Origin: a virus
Taxonomy: Duplodnaviria; Caudoviricetes
Virus record (IMG/VR): IMGVR_UViG_3300011008_000016
Coordinates: 32,001-96,000 of that record
DNA length: 64,000 nt
Strand: one strand, 5' to 3'
The position numbers and the translations under genes are program-made. The notes below the pieces were generated by a model. It had not been told where the DNA came from, searched no databases, and worked only from the letters and a program-made list of their open reading frames with translations. The number at the start of each line of letters is the position of its first letter. Position 1 is the stretch's first letter. Shown here one piece after another: positions 11,169 through 21,828 of the stretch.

Positions 11169-11558
11169 ATGGCAAAATCTGAAGAGCAGAAGAAGGTTTT
11201 TACGATTGCAAAGACCAAGAAAGGACGTACTGTACTTCGTATTAATGAAGGACAGTTTGTATTGGATGAGAAAGAACAATATCGATTAATCCGGTTCTTT
11301 AATCGAATTTGCGATCCACAGACGTTACCGTATCCGGAGAGTGGTTCATCTACTTATATCACATACGATAATGGTATTAATGCCGTTACGTTATCGGCTG
11401 GGCGGTTAGACAATGCTGTAACAAAGTTCTTCCTCAACGTAGTCTATATGACCCCTAATAATCAGGGGTATAATTCGGATGCCTTCTTCTTGAACAGGGC
11501 AACCGTGGAGAACTATATGCAGGTTCTGGGTACAGAATTAGGAGCCACCCAGTTGTAA
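11169..11558 (+). CDS. hypothetical protein
   Basis: 129-aa ORF with RBS AGGAGG; followed by hairpin plus T-run at about 11595-11633. Confidence 0.7.
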   Translation: MAKSEEQKKVFTIAKTKKGRTVLRINEGQFVLDEKEQYRLIRFFNRICDPQTLPYPESGSSTYITYDNGINAVTLSAGRLDNAVTKFFLNVVYMTPNNQGYNSDAFFLNRATVENYMQVLGTELGATQL

Positions 11559-11687
11559 AACATTTGAACGGACAGTTTTTATCGTTATAATATTGAGGAG
11601 GTAGATGGATGAACTACCTCCTCATTCTTTTTTACGTAGACTTTTACACGGTTATAACGATATATAAAATAAAGGAGTGATATAACA

Positions 11688-13142
11688 ATGCGGAAGAACA
11701 AGATATATGCGTTCAATACGCATTACGAAATATATGATTACTCATTAGGTGATAACGTTAGATTGGAACGCTCTCTTACGTATCATGATTATGCAGCATT
11801 TACGGACCATCCAAAATATCTTTATGACAAAGTAGAACGTATCCTTTATATTCCAAGAGGGTATGACGATGCATTTTTAGAAGAATGGAATGAAAAACCT
11901 GTTACAATAATAGATAATGAGACAAATGAGTTTCGAACGGATTATGTAATGGAAAAACCACCAAGGGATACAAATGAAGAAAAAGCGATTCGATTTTTAG
12001 TAGGAGAAGGAGAGTTTTCTGGTTTACGATTAAGTCCGCAGAAAGTATTGATTATGCCACCTGGTATGGGAAAGACATATTGTACAATAGCGGCTATCCA
12101 AAATCTCCATACAAAGTCTCTTATCATTATGAAAACTCAAACTTTGAAAGACCAATGGGTAGCAAGATTTAAAGAATATACGAATCTTGGTGGACCAAAT
12201 ATTGTAGACATATATTCATCAGATTTTCTTCATGGATATATGAGAAAAAAACCAAGCAAGAATCAAAAAGTATTCATTGTAACAAGGAAACTATTAATCT
12301 CTTATTGTGAAAGATATGGAGCAACGGCTTTACAAGAGGTGATCGAACGATTAGGAATTGGTGTTAAGGTATTTGATGAGGCTCATCAAGAATATGCGAT
12401 GACTCTTCTGATAGATTATTGCACTAATGTAAAAAGAACCTTCTATCTTACTGCCACATTCCAGTTATCAAATTATGGAGATAATAAAGTCTTTCAGACT
12501 GCGTTTTATAAAGTACCTAAACTCAAGTTAAAGCAAAGCGATGATGCAAGGCATATCACTTATATAGCAGTACTTTTTAATAGTCACCCTAACTCTGTTG
12601 ATGTAGCAAGAGTAACTGGTGGAAAACGAAAGTACAATAAGTATGCATACGTTGAGTATGAATTGAGAAAGGGTATTTTAGAGAAAGAAGTCCGTAGACT
12701 TATTAGTTTCTTTCTCAATGAAAAACAAATGTCTGGTAAAACTCTTATACTATCGTCCAAGAAGACGACTTGTGATTTCTTTAAAGAGGTTGCTAATGAA
12801 GAAACAGATGGTAGATTCAATGTATGCTCTTTCTATACAGGAAACAAAGTAGATAATTATAAAAGTTACGATATCATTACTGCTACGTCTGGTATGCTTG
12901 GTACGGGTGAAGACATTCCAGAATTAAGATTCATGCATAATACAGAACCTGGGGCATCTTTGCCAAATACAGATCAATTTTCTGGTCGATTAAGACCTTA
13001 TGAAGACGGTACAAAACCAACGTATTATATTGAGTATATTGATGTAGGTTTTGATAAGCTTTATGATTGGTACCAACATAGAGCAAGATTACTCAAGAAG
13101 AAGGTAAAAGAATGTAAAGAGTTGAACCACGTTATGATATAA
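11688..13142 (+). CDS. superfamily 2 (UvsW-like) DNA/RNA helicase
   Basis: PPGMGKT Walker A, VFDEAH, LTAT, GTGEDIP, QFSGRLRP. Confidence 0.9.
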   Translation: MRKNKIYAFNTHYEIYDYSLGDNVRLERSLTYHDYAAFTDHPKYLYDKVERILYIPRGYDDAFLEEWNEKPVTIIDNETNEFRTDYVMEKPPRDTNEEKAIRFLVGEGEFSGLRLSPQKVLIMPPGMGKTYCTIAAIQNLHTKSLIIMKTQTLKDQWVARFKEYTNLGGPNIVDIYSSDFLHGYMRKKPSKNQKVFIVTRKLLISYCERYGATALQEVIERLGIGVKVFDEAHQEYAMTLLIDYCTNVKRTFYLTATFQLSNYGDNKVFQTAFYKVPKLKLKQSDDARHITYIAVLFNSHPNSVDVARVTGGKRKYNKYAYVEYELRKGILEKEVRRLISFFLNEKQMSGKTLILSSKKTTCDFFKEVANEETDGRFNVCSFYTGNKVDNYKSYDIITATSGMLGTGEDIPELRFMHNTEPGASLPNTDQFSGRLRPYEDGTKPTYYIEYIDVGFDKLYDWYQHRARLLKKKVKECKELNHVMI

Positions 13143-13163
13143 TTGAAAGGAGATAGATTTGAT

Positions 13164-13460
13164 ATGGTAAATTCTGTTAAGTCAGATAAATTTCCATTGG
13201 ATGATGCCACATTAAAGCAACTTATCCTTGATGCTGCTTGTAAAGCAGAAGCGATAGCAAGGGCTTTAGATAAGCATACTCATCCTGTTCATGGGGGTAA
13301 AATAGTTCCATATGGGGATACAATGGCTGAAATGAAAAAGGTACAAGGGGAATCTCCGTATAAAAGTGGATATGCTGCGGCAAAGGGAGAAAGCGCTCCT
13401 GCGAATAGTGATGAAGCGTATCTCAGAATGTTTACAAGGAATCTCATTACTCCTTCATAA
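13164..13460 (+). CDS. hypothetical protein
   Basis: ORF with RBS AAGGAG before the ATG at 13164; terminator-like hairpin follows. Confidence 0.6.
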   Translation: MVNSVKSDKFPLDDATLKQLILDAACKAEAIARALDKHTHPVHGGKIVPYGDTMAEMKKVQGESPYKSGYAAAKGESAPANSDEAYLRMFTRNLITPS

Positions 13461-13600
13461 CAAGAGAGGAAGAAGATGTATTGGATGACAGCTCCCAATA
13501 CATCTTCTTTAATGAGTAAATGATTCTTATTATTTTGTATATGTATATATTATTCACTATATACATCTATAAAACTTTATTTAAAAGAAAGGAGATAATT

Positions 13601-13846
13601 ATGTTAGATAGCGAGCGGTTTCAGAAGTTCTATAAAGAGGTTGAATTTTTCCTTAACAATGCTCCGTTTGAGGAAGATTGTTCTAATGAGGAAAACTCTA
13701 TTTATTGTGAACTTGCGAACTTAAAGGATGCCATTGAAGATTATCAACATAGCAAGAAAAAGAAACCTGTTGATATAAAGGTACAAGACTCCACTACCGG
13801 ATATGATAAAGAAATTTGGAAAGGGGCGGGAGTCGAAGTGAGGTGA
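13601..13846 (+). CDS. hypothetical early protein
   Basis: RBS AAGGAG before the ATG at 13601; TATATTAT at 13546. Confidence 0.6.
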   Translation: MLDSERFQKFYKEVEFFLNNAPFEEDCSNEENSIYCELANLKDAIEDYQHSKKKKPVDIKVQDSTTGYDKEIWKGAGVEVR

Positions 13847-13850
13847 TACT

Positions 13851-14273
13851 ATGGGAAAATTTCAAGAAACACGTAATCGTTTTATGAAAGAAATGCAAGC
13901 AACTGGAAAAGATCCTGAGGAAGTTTCAAGACAAAATCTTGCAAATCAAATTATCATGGATCAATTGTTTCATTTCAATTCTGATGATGTGGATGATGAC
14001 GTAAGCTTATCACCAGAACAAGAAGCACGTATTGATGAAATATATAATGCGTGTTATGACTTTTGTAAAATCCTTGCCGATAAAGAAGATTTGGAATGGA
14101 GTATGTATTCCATAGGCGAGATTGTGGATACTGCCTGTCGCATGTTACTTATTGATCCTGCACTTGGAATAGATAAAATATATTTTCCAGCTTATGTTGA
14201 TAACGAATGCTATGGAGAAGAAACGATAGAAGATTATGTGACTTCAGAAGACTTTGAATACGGAGAATTCTGA
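13851..14273 (+). CDS. hypothetical acidic protein
   Basis: 140-aa ORF with RBS GAGGTG. Confidence 0.65.
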   Translation: MGKFQETRNRFMKEMQATGKDPEEVSRQNLANQIIMDQLFHFNSDDVDDDVSLSPEQEARIDEIYNACYDFCKILADKEDLEWSMYSIGEIVDTACRMLLIDPALGIDKIYFPAYVDNECYGEETIEDYVTSEDFEYGEF

Positions 14274-14280
14274 AGTTATG

Positions 14281-14326
14281 GAGAAGACTGGGATTTCCGT
14301 TTGGATTTCCCAGTCTTCTCTTTTTT
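14281..14326. terminator. bidirectional intrinsic terminator
   Basis: GAGAAGACTGGGA...TCCCAGTCTTCTC inverted repeat plus T-run between convergent genes. Confidence 0.75.
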
Positions 14327-14834
14327 ATAGTAATACCAGTTTGTCAAGTTCCAATGATCTTCTCATATCAATTGTCCTCTGGTTAGAAGAACCTTTGAAC
14401 ACGAGCATCATATCTTTTTTGTCCATCTCGAATGGTCCATCCACTAAGACATCAATGTATGATAAGAATTCATATAGATTTAGAATTGTTTCCATTTTTT
14501 GTGTCATTATGGTCTTATACGTATAACCGCTAAAACACCACAAGTCTTTTGTATCTCCGAATTCCTTACGGAAACGTCGAGTCAATGGTAATAAACCTTC
14601 TACATTATCCAATGGTTCTCCACCAAGAATTGATAATCCTTGATACATCGGATTTCGTAAATCATCTATTATATACTCAATGTCATTTCTTGTGAATTCT
14701 TTACCATAATTAAAGTCCCAAGCAACTTTATTGAAACAATCTGGACAATGTATAGTGCAGCCAGATACGAATAAAGACAGTCGTATACCTGGTCCATTTG
14801 CCACATCAAAATGTTTTATGGTCGCAAAATTCAT
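14325..14834 (-). CDS. nrdG: anaerobic ribonucleotide reductase activating enzyme (radical SAM)
   Basis: NGPGIRLSLFVSGCTIHCPDCFN, GGEP, VDGPF, GSSNQR. Confidence 0.97.
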   Translation of the reverse strand: MNFATIKHFDVANGPGIRLSLFVSGCTIHCPDCFNKVAWDFNYGKEFTRNDIEYIIDDLRNPMYQGLSILGGEPLDNVEGLLPLTRRFRKEFGDTKDLWCFSGYTYKTIMTQKMETILNLYEFLSYIDVLVDGPFEMDKKDMMLVFKGSSNQRTIDMRRSLELDKLVLL

Positions 14835-17545
14835 AGATGTAATACCCTATCCGCAATTTCTTGCGTCCTTCCTTGATTCCAGTACTGAGTTCCTATGTCA
14901 TTGCTTACCCTCGGTTTCCCGATACTTGCAAAGGGGATTAGAGTACACAATCCTTGTATTTCTACAAGTTGAGAATTATACTCGTTGAACGTCCTCCATT
15001 TTACAGGAGTTTCGCTGCGTCTGGGAGACTTGCACTCCCGGTTATCCCTATCCACACCAGTTTTTATGGTCTCTATGATTTCTCACTAATGAGCTTAAAG
15101 CTCGTGCCACCGTCACGTTTGTCGTTTCCAACTCCGTTGTGGTCGATGTGGGTTATGGGGATTTTCCCGCAATTTATCTCATTTAACGTGGCCGCATAGG
15201 ATTGTTCAGCCACAAGTACGTCTGGCTACAGACATTTTTGACTGGTCTCGATTTCCACAGTTAGGGCATTCCCAAACTAATTTACCATTATCATCTTTAA
15301 CTATCTTAATCTCGCCATCAAATCCGCAACAGGAACAATAGTCAGATTTAGTATTCAGTTCTGCGTACACGATATTTTCATATATAAATTTCATAACGCT
15401 TAATACCGCAGGAATGTTATTTTGAAGATTTGGTACTTCCACATAACTAATTGCTCCTCCAGGTGATAATTTCTGGAAATCAGATTCGAATTTCAGTTTC
15501 GAGAAAGCATCAATTTCTTCTGATACATGAACATGATAGCTATTAGTAATGTAATTTTTGTCAGTAACTCCTTTAATGATTCCAAACCGCTTCTGTAAAC
15601 ATTTTGCAAACTTATAAGTAGTTGATTCAATAGGTGTACCATAAACGGAATAACTGATGTTTTCTTCAGCTCTCCACTGGGCACACTTATCATTGAGCAT
15701 CTGCATAACTTTCAAACTGAATTCTCTACCTTCATCGGAAGTATGTGATTTTCCAGTCATCCTTACGCACATCTCATAGAGTCCGGCGTATCCCAATGAA
15801 ATTGTACTATAATTGTTATAGAGTAATCTATCAATGGTTTCACCTTTCTTTAGTCTTGCAAGGGCACCATGCTGCCAGAGAATCGGCGCAACATCAGATA
15901 CCGTACCCTTGAGCCTTTCATGTCGAATCCTTAGAGCTTTATGACAAAGTTCCAATCTTTCTTCAAGAATATTCCAGAATTTGTTCGTATCTCCGTAAGA
16001 AGAACAGGCAACATCAACCAAGTTAATGGTAACTACACCCTGATTAAATCTTCCATAGTACTTATGTTCTCCGTTTGGTCCAAGACCTTCTATATCTGGG
16101 GTAAGGAAAGACCGACACCCCATACATGTATATACATCGCCATTCTTATACTCTCTCATCTTTTTAGCTGAGATATAATCTGGTACCATCCTCTTGGCAG
16201 TACATTGAGCCGCAAGTTCTGTAAGATACCAATACTTGGAATCCTCTGTCACATTATCTTCATCTAATACGTAGATAAGTTTCGGGAATGCTGGTGTTAC
16301 CCATTGACCCTGTTCATTTTTAACACCCTGCTTCCTCTGAATAAGAACTTCCTTAATGATTGCAGCCAAATCATCTCTTGTTTGACCTTCTTCAACTTCA
16401 TCCAAATACATAAACATTGTGACAAATGGAGCCTGTCCGTTGCATGTCATCAGTGTAATAATTTGGTACTGAATTGTCTGAATTCCTGCTTTAATAACTT
16501 CCTTTAATCGCATCTCTGTAATTTTAGAGACCTTTTCCGAAATTGGCTCATCTCCACAAGCTTCAAATTCATCAATTACGCTTTGACGAATTTTCTGACG
16601 AGATATATCCACAAACGGTGCCAAGTGAGCCAATGAAAATGATTGACCACCATATTGATTGGATGCTACTTGTGCAATAATCTGAGTGGCAATATTACAA
16701 GCGGTTGTGAAACTATGAGGTTTCTCAATGAGAGTTTGTGAAATCACAGTTCCATTCTGTAACATATCTTCCAAGTTCAATAAATCGCAGTTATGACTTT
16801 TTTGCGCGAAATAATCGGTATCATGGAAATGAATAATACCTTCTTCATGTGCTTTTACAATATCCTCAGGAAGAAGCATTCTTTTAGAAATGTCACGGGA
16901 TACTTCTCCTGCCATATAGTCTCTTTGAGTTGAAATGATAACAGGATTTTTGTTTGAATTCTCCTGTTTCATTTCTTCATTATCATCATTGATGAGATTT
17001 AAAATGGCTTCATCAATTGTATTTGATTTACGAGACAATTCTCTTTTATAGCGATATCTGATATATGCCTGAGCCAGCTCTTCGTATCCTTCACGACGCA
17101 TCAATGCAATTTCTACTTTATCCTGTATATCTTCAACACTAACCGCATGAGTTGATTTTGAAACTGCTCCGCTGATTTCCTGAGCGATTCTTTGAACCTC
17201 TATACAAGGAAGTTTCCTGCTCACTGTATCATTTGCCTTTTTAATGGCATTAACAATTTTCTTCGCATCAAATTTAACTTCCTTACCATTTCGTTTGATA
17301 ACATTGATGTTGATATTTCCATTTGCTTCTTCGGGTGTTGCATAAAACATACTTTCGAACCAATCAACTTTGTTTGTTACTCTGTAATGAGTATAAGCAC
17401 CCTCTGTTTCCATACAAATTGCTTCTAATTCATCGTTCTTTTTGTAGTTATGGATAACCCTCTCTATTCTCATTTTGATAGGGTAACCCTCCTCTGCTAA
17501 CATATACCAAATAGTCCCGAGTGTAAACTTGTTATTGTTGTCCAT
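14831..17545 (-). CDS. nrdD: anaerobic (class III) ribonucleoside-triphosphate reductase; exons 17545-15208 and 14898-14831
   Basis: ATP cone (VIKRNGKEVKFD), MGCRSF, C-terminal CxxC...CPNCG; splicing restores RRTCG-Y-IGTQYWNQGRTQEIADRVLHL. Confidence 0.96.
14899..15207 (-). mobile_element. group I self-splicing intron without a homing endonuclease (309 nt)
   Basis: 5' exon ends in U and the intron ends in G; IGS GGCCAC pairs with exon GTGGCT; CCTATG pairs with 3' exon CATAGG; P AAATTGCGGGAA, R GTTCAACGAGTATA, P7 GAGTA/TACTC. Confidence 0.93.
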
Positions 17546-17800
17546 CGATGTGAACCTCCTTTTGGTAAAATTTGTATAAAATAACTAACCAAGATGACCC
17601 GTTTTCTTATTACGTAATCATCTTGGTTAGTTACAATCTTTAATTGAGAGAAATCAATCAAACCCGCAAAATAATCTATTTTAATTTGGTTTTCGGTTGT
17701 TGAATTTCCCAATACAATAAGCTTTGTAGCTAAATCAGAACTGTTTCATAGAGTCATTTCGACCCATTAAGATTTTGTTAATAGAATGGTCAAAACCTAC

Positions 17801-20395
17801 TTAGGCGTTTTCTGATTCTTGCTCTTCTGCTAACTTCGTCTGTATCTTGTTAAAGAGGTTCGCTTGCCTTGCCTTGAGTAATGCCGTATTATACATATCG
17901 GGCAATAATTCCCAAGGTGCCGCAGGAGTTTGTTCAATGACAAGTTGTCTTGTCATATCTTCAATGATGAAATTTGTTATTTCTGGTGGATTCGTACTGT
18001 CTCCACCAACATAAGTCTTCACCATACTCTCACACATTCCGATGTTATCATTAAGTTGCTGATTTGTCATGTTATTATTGATAACCTTGGACTCTCTTAA
18101 CGTAATTTTCATCTTATCAAGAACATTATCCGGTATTGCGTGAGGATAACAATTCTTGACAAGAACCTTTGCAGTATCTGTGAGAGGACCATTGAAGTCT
18201 CTCTTAATACCATTACAACGAACCAGATGTTTGATATTTGCCATACCAAGCATCGTCGCATATTCGATTTCATCTACATAGTCAACCATAACAGCAGGAA
18301 CTCCAGTAGAACCAATCGCCATCTTCTTTAAATCCGTTAAAAACTCATTATGAACATCGATATTTTGTCCAGATACGACATCCATTTCAAATGGCTTGAT
18401 TTCGGATGTTCCCATATTGAGGAAATATCTCTTGTTGATGGCTCTGTTACCATGTAAAATGTTACCGTTTGCAATCTGAATAGGGTCTACATTGCTATCT
18501 TCAAGTTGGTCCATCATATCTGAAATCTGGTTGTTGATTTGTCCATCTAATGCAGATTCTTTCAGATAATAGAACTCGCTATCTGTTGATTTTGTAATGA
18601 TAGCAGTTGTATAAAAAAGCATAAGAGAAGTATATATCCTCGCATAAAGTAGTGAACGAAGCATAACTGGTTGCCCGTTGTCATGTTCATCCAGGTTTGT
18701 TTTCCAAGGAATAACGTATTCTGGTCGAACGAACTTTATCCTTATAGGGTTATCTCTCTTTTCCGCATAAAGTATGCAGTTAAGGATCATACTTCTAAGC
18801 TGTTTATCCCCTTTAACAATATCACCATAATTCAGATTCTTTAGAACTGAGTCAACAATACCGTCAATGACCATATTCCGCTGATTAAAATTCATCTGGT
18901 TAGACATAATGTCTGTTACAGATGTACCCATTTTAGCGAAATCGTAGTTTTCGAAGTAATAATATCCGATAACGTAATCGAATATTTTAATTGGAACAAG
19001 TTGTCTTGGGTCAACCAGTTTTACATGGCATCCAATCATATTTTCCGACTGTTTGAGTTGATTCATAGTGATAGAGTCATCACCCATTACAGCAGTTTCT
19101 GGTTGTTCTGAAGATGGACTTCTCCGATTTGCATTTTTCTGGGCAAGTTCATCCAATTCTTCATTACTCAGTAAACTTCCTACATCAATTTTTTCATCGT
19201 TTTGAAGCTTCTCATAATCGAGCATGACATTTCTGCCCGCGCCAATCTTTGAAGCTGTTCCTGCTTTTCCACCAACCGATATAGAAACTTTTGAGTTACT
19301 AAGAACTGGGTCTTCATCAGAGAGTTCTTTCTGAGCTTTCTTCATCGCATCCAGCAATGCATCCTGTACATGAGTATTAATTTTCTTATAGGTACCAAGT
19401 CCCTCAATGTCTGGAATAGATGTATCTTCACAGATATAAATTTGTTTTGCATTTTCTTTTATAACGTCGATTGTTTCCTGTACTTCTTTTGGGAAATTAT
19501 TTCCTTTATCTTGTTCTGTAAACGATTCAAATAACGTCGTTACACTCTCCATGCAACTATTGTATCCTTCTTCCCCGAATAATGCATGAGTATCTGTAGA
19601 TTCGTAGAACGGATGTCCACCATAACCCAAACCTTGGGAATTATGTAAAGACATAAGCTTGGGACCAATTTCACCATAAGGGATAATCATAATGTAATAG
19701 GTTCCATACTTTATTGCCTTTGGTGCAACATGGTCACGAATCTTAATCGTTGTATTCTGATATTCCAAAGCCTTCTTTACAATGGAAACATATGAACTCA
19801 CGTCATCTGTAATACCGGGAAAATCGACATCCATACTGATGTCTTCATTTACCTGTTCTGCACGAAGTACATTATCCCTTGTGATAAGATTAGCTTCTTC
19901 CAATTGATAGAAATAACTACATACAGAATCTATTTCGTCATATATATGAATGATATCAGATGATGTAGACAAAAAATATGTAGCAATCTGGGTATCACCC
20001 ATTGTAAAGAGTTTCTCAAGTTGGGCATTTCGAAGCAATTTATCCTGCATCGGATGACCTGTGGAGAAATTCTTTTGATTAAAAATCTTTTGTGCTTGAC
20101 CGTAATCTTTATGTCCAATCAAAGCATTTACCAGATATTCATACGTACTATCTGATGTATCTTTTGATGACCGGACTCCCTGATAATCCTGCTGGATTAT
20201 ATTATTATATCTATGATGTAGATTAAGTAGTTCATCAGACCTACCAACATCATCACCGTTTAAAGCAATAGATTCCGAACGAAGTAAATCAACAAGCTCT
20301 TTATTCATATCTTCCATACGGCTGATGTTGACAGAAGAACTATTGGACTTTGAGTCTGGCATAATAATTCTCCTTTCCTCTAAGTATTCATACAA
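17801..20395 (-). CDS. putative portal protein
   Basis: 864 aa; KYGTYY, IGYYY and AIGSTGVP segments resemble T4/phiKZ-type portals; contains head-protease-type E sites. Confidence 0.6.
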   Translation of the reverse strand: MYEYLEERRIIMPDSKSNSSSVNISRMEDMNKELVDLLRSESIALNGDDVGRSDELLNLHHRYNNIIQQDYQGVRSSKDTSDSTYEYLVNALIGHKDYGQAQKIFNQKNFSTGHPMQDKLLRNAQLEKLFTMGDTQIATYFLSTSSDIIHIYDEIDSVCSYFYQLEEANLITRDNVLRAEQVNEDISMDVDFPGITDDVSSYVSIVKKALEYQNTTIKIRDHVAPKAIKYGTYYIMIIPYGEIGPKLMSLHNSQGLGYGGHPFYESTDTHALFGEEGYNSCMESVTTLFESFTEQDKGNNFPKEVQETIDVIKENAKQIYICEDTSIPDIEGLGTYKKINTHVQDALLDAMKKAQKELSDEDPVLSNSKVSISVGGKAGTASKIGAGRNVMLDYEKLQNDEKIDVGSLLSNEELDELAQKNANRRSPSSEQPETAVMGDDSITMNQLKQSENMIGCHVKLVDPRQLVPIKIFDYVIGYYYFENYDFAKMGTSVTDIMSNQMNFNQRNMVIDGIVDSVLKNLNYGDIVKGDKQLRSMILNCILYAEKRDNPIRIKFVRPEYVIPWKTNLDEHDNGQPVMLRSLLYARIYTSLMLFYTTAIITKSTDSEFYYLKESALDGQINNQISDMMDQLEDSNVDPIQIANGNILHGNRAINKRYFLNMGTSEIKPFEMDVVSGQNIDVHNEFLTDLKKMAIGSTGVPAVMVDYVDEIEYATMLGMANIKHLVRCNGIKRDFNGPLTDTAKVLVKNCYPHAIPDNVLDKMKITLRESKVINNNMTNQQLNDNIGMCESMVKTYVGGDSTNPPEITNFIIEDMTRQLVIEQTPAAPWELLPDMYNTALLKARQANLFNKIQTKLAEEQESENA

Positions 20396-20452
20396 AACCC
20401 TGTTAAGGGTTTCTTATTACTTATCTTGTGCAAATGGGGATATTTACAACAA

Positions 20453-20505
20453 TTCCAAAAATCCGGTTCACAGAGATTTTGCAACTATATTAAATACTTA
20501 GATAT
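20453..20505 (+). repeat. promoter/leader repeat, copy 1 (49/53 identical to 40391-40443)
   Basis: TTCCAAAA.TCCGGTTCACAGA....GCAACTATATTAAATACTTAGATAT. Confidence 0.9.
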
Positions 20506-20850
20506 GAGAAGTAGTCAATCCCATATCAATATTAAGAAAGGGAACAAAAAAAGAAATCGATGTGACTGTTAAGAAAGGAGACAGATTATGCCATTAACTG
20601 GTAATATCGTGGATGACAAACTCATTCGCAATTTTAATCGGTTAATCCTTGGTTGTCCGGATGGAATATATCGTCCGAATACAACAAAGGCAAGAAGAGC
20701 TTCGAATCAAAGCTTGATCGAGCAGACGATTCGAAACTCTTCTAACAAAGAAATGGTTTACCAGTATCATTCTTTGTAAGCCATTAACTGGTACCAACCA
20801 ATAAATGGTTGGGGTAATCGGGAGCCCACACACTCCCGATTACTTTTTTG
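20505..20850 (+). ncRNA. candidate structured RNA (overlaps a 63-aa ORF at 20588-20779)
   Basis: hairpins at 20647-20690 and 20695-20741; ACTGGTAA/TTACCAGT long-range pairing; terminator at 20815-20849. Confidence 0.4.
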
Positions 20851-20861
20851 TATATTCTTTT

Positions 20862-21317
20862 TTATTCTTTAATAGTATCAATGTACATTTCGATGTAAAG
20901 ATATCCGGTTTCTTTGTGTTTAAGTGGAGATTGATTCCAGATAATATCATATAAGCTATCATTCCCTATGAGTACAGTATCATTTTCTTTTCTGATTTCA
21001 CCATTGAATACATACTGCTCTTCTTTACAGATAGCAATTTCACTGAATAGTTGCTCAACCTTTTCAACACCGACTATTCTCATAGAAATTTTTCTTCTCT
21101 CATCATCTTCACAAAAGTGAATTTTCATATATTCATCAAGAAGTAATTCCGATGTATCGTGAATAATAATCTGTGGTTTATCAGATAGCAACAACTTATC
21201 TCCAGAATATTCTTCTACAAGAGTATGATTACCATAATCAATCTTTGTAAATACTCCCCCCAACACTACAATTTCTGTAGCCATATTTTCATCTCCTATT
21301 CTTTTAATATTGTCCAT
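20862..21317 (-). CDS. hypothetical protein
   Basis: ORF in a minus-strand gene run. Confidence 0.6.
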   Translation of the reverse strand: MDNIKRIGDENMATEIVVLGGVFTKIDYGNHTLVEEYSGDKLLLSDKPQIIIHDTSELLLDEYMKIHFCEDDERRKISMRIVGVEKVEQLFSEIAICKEEQYVFNGEIRKENDTVLIGNDSLYDIIWNQSPLKHKETGYLYIEMYIDTIKE

Positions 21318-21823
21318 GGGATGATATTCTTCGGAACATAGATAGCTTTCAATGGCATACTGAGATTATAGGATATTTCAGGAAGCATAGATTTGGTATC
21401 ATATATAGTCCCGTTGATATATGCAAACGCATGGTCGTTAAATGATACAATATAACTATTCGTCGTATGAGTGATGAGAAATGTACCAAGTTGTACGTTT
21501 TTAATTGGTACAACTAATTGGAATCCAAACTCTTCTAAAAACTCTTTGACAACCCAATAGTTATTCATTAAACGATGATGCTTTCGTCCGATGGAAGATA
21601 GTTTGTCATATACATATTCCCACGTATATGTGACATCTTTAGCTTTTTGGACATGATTTAATACCATAAGAATCGAACGAACTACACAATCTTCAGCTCG
21701 TTCATCACCATTGGGATTCAAGTTTCTTTCTTCAAATTTAATCCCAAGCATATTCAATAATCCATATTTTCCAGTTGGTTCATAACTGTTTCCAACAGGA
21801 ATCGTTGGTACTTTATCATTCAA
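21296..21823 (-). CDS. hypothetical protein with a papain-like Cys-His-Asp pattern
   Basis: DCVVRSI ... HAFAYINGTIYDT. Confidence 0.5.
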   Translation of the reverse strand: MNDKVPTIPVGNSYEPTGKYGLLNMLGIKFEERNLNPNGDERAEDCVVRSILMVLNHVQKAKDVTYTWEYVYDKLSSIGRKHHRLMNNYWVVKEFLEEFGFQLVVPIKNVQLGTFLITHTTNSYIVSFNDHAFAYINGTIYDTKSMLPEISYNLSMPLKAIYVPKNIIPWTILKE

Positions 21824-21828
21824 TTCCG

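Noticed and set aside
14831-15055. 74-aa ORF as an independent gene or intron-encoded endonuclease
   Set aside because: Only its last 21 codons are real (nrdD exon 2); the rest is intron core with no nuclease motif
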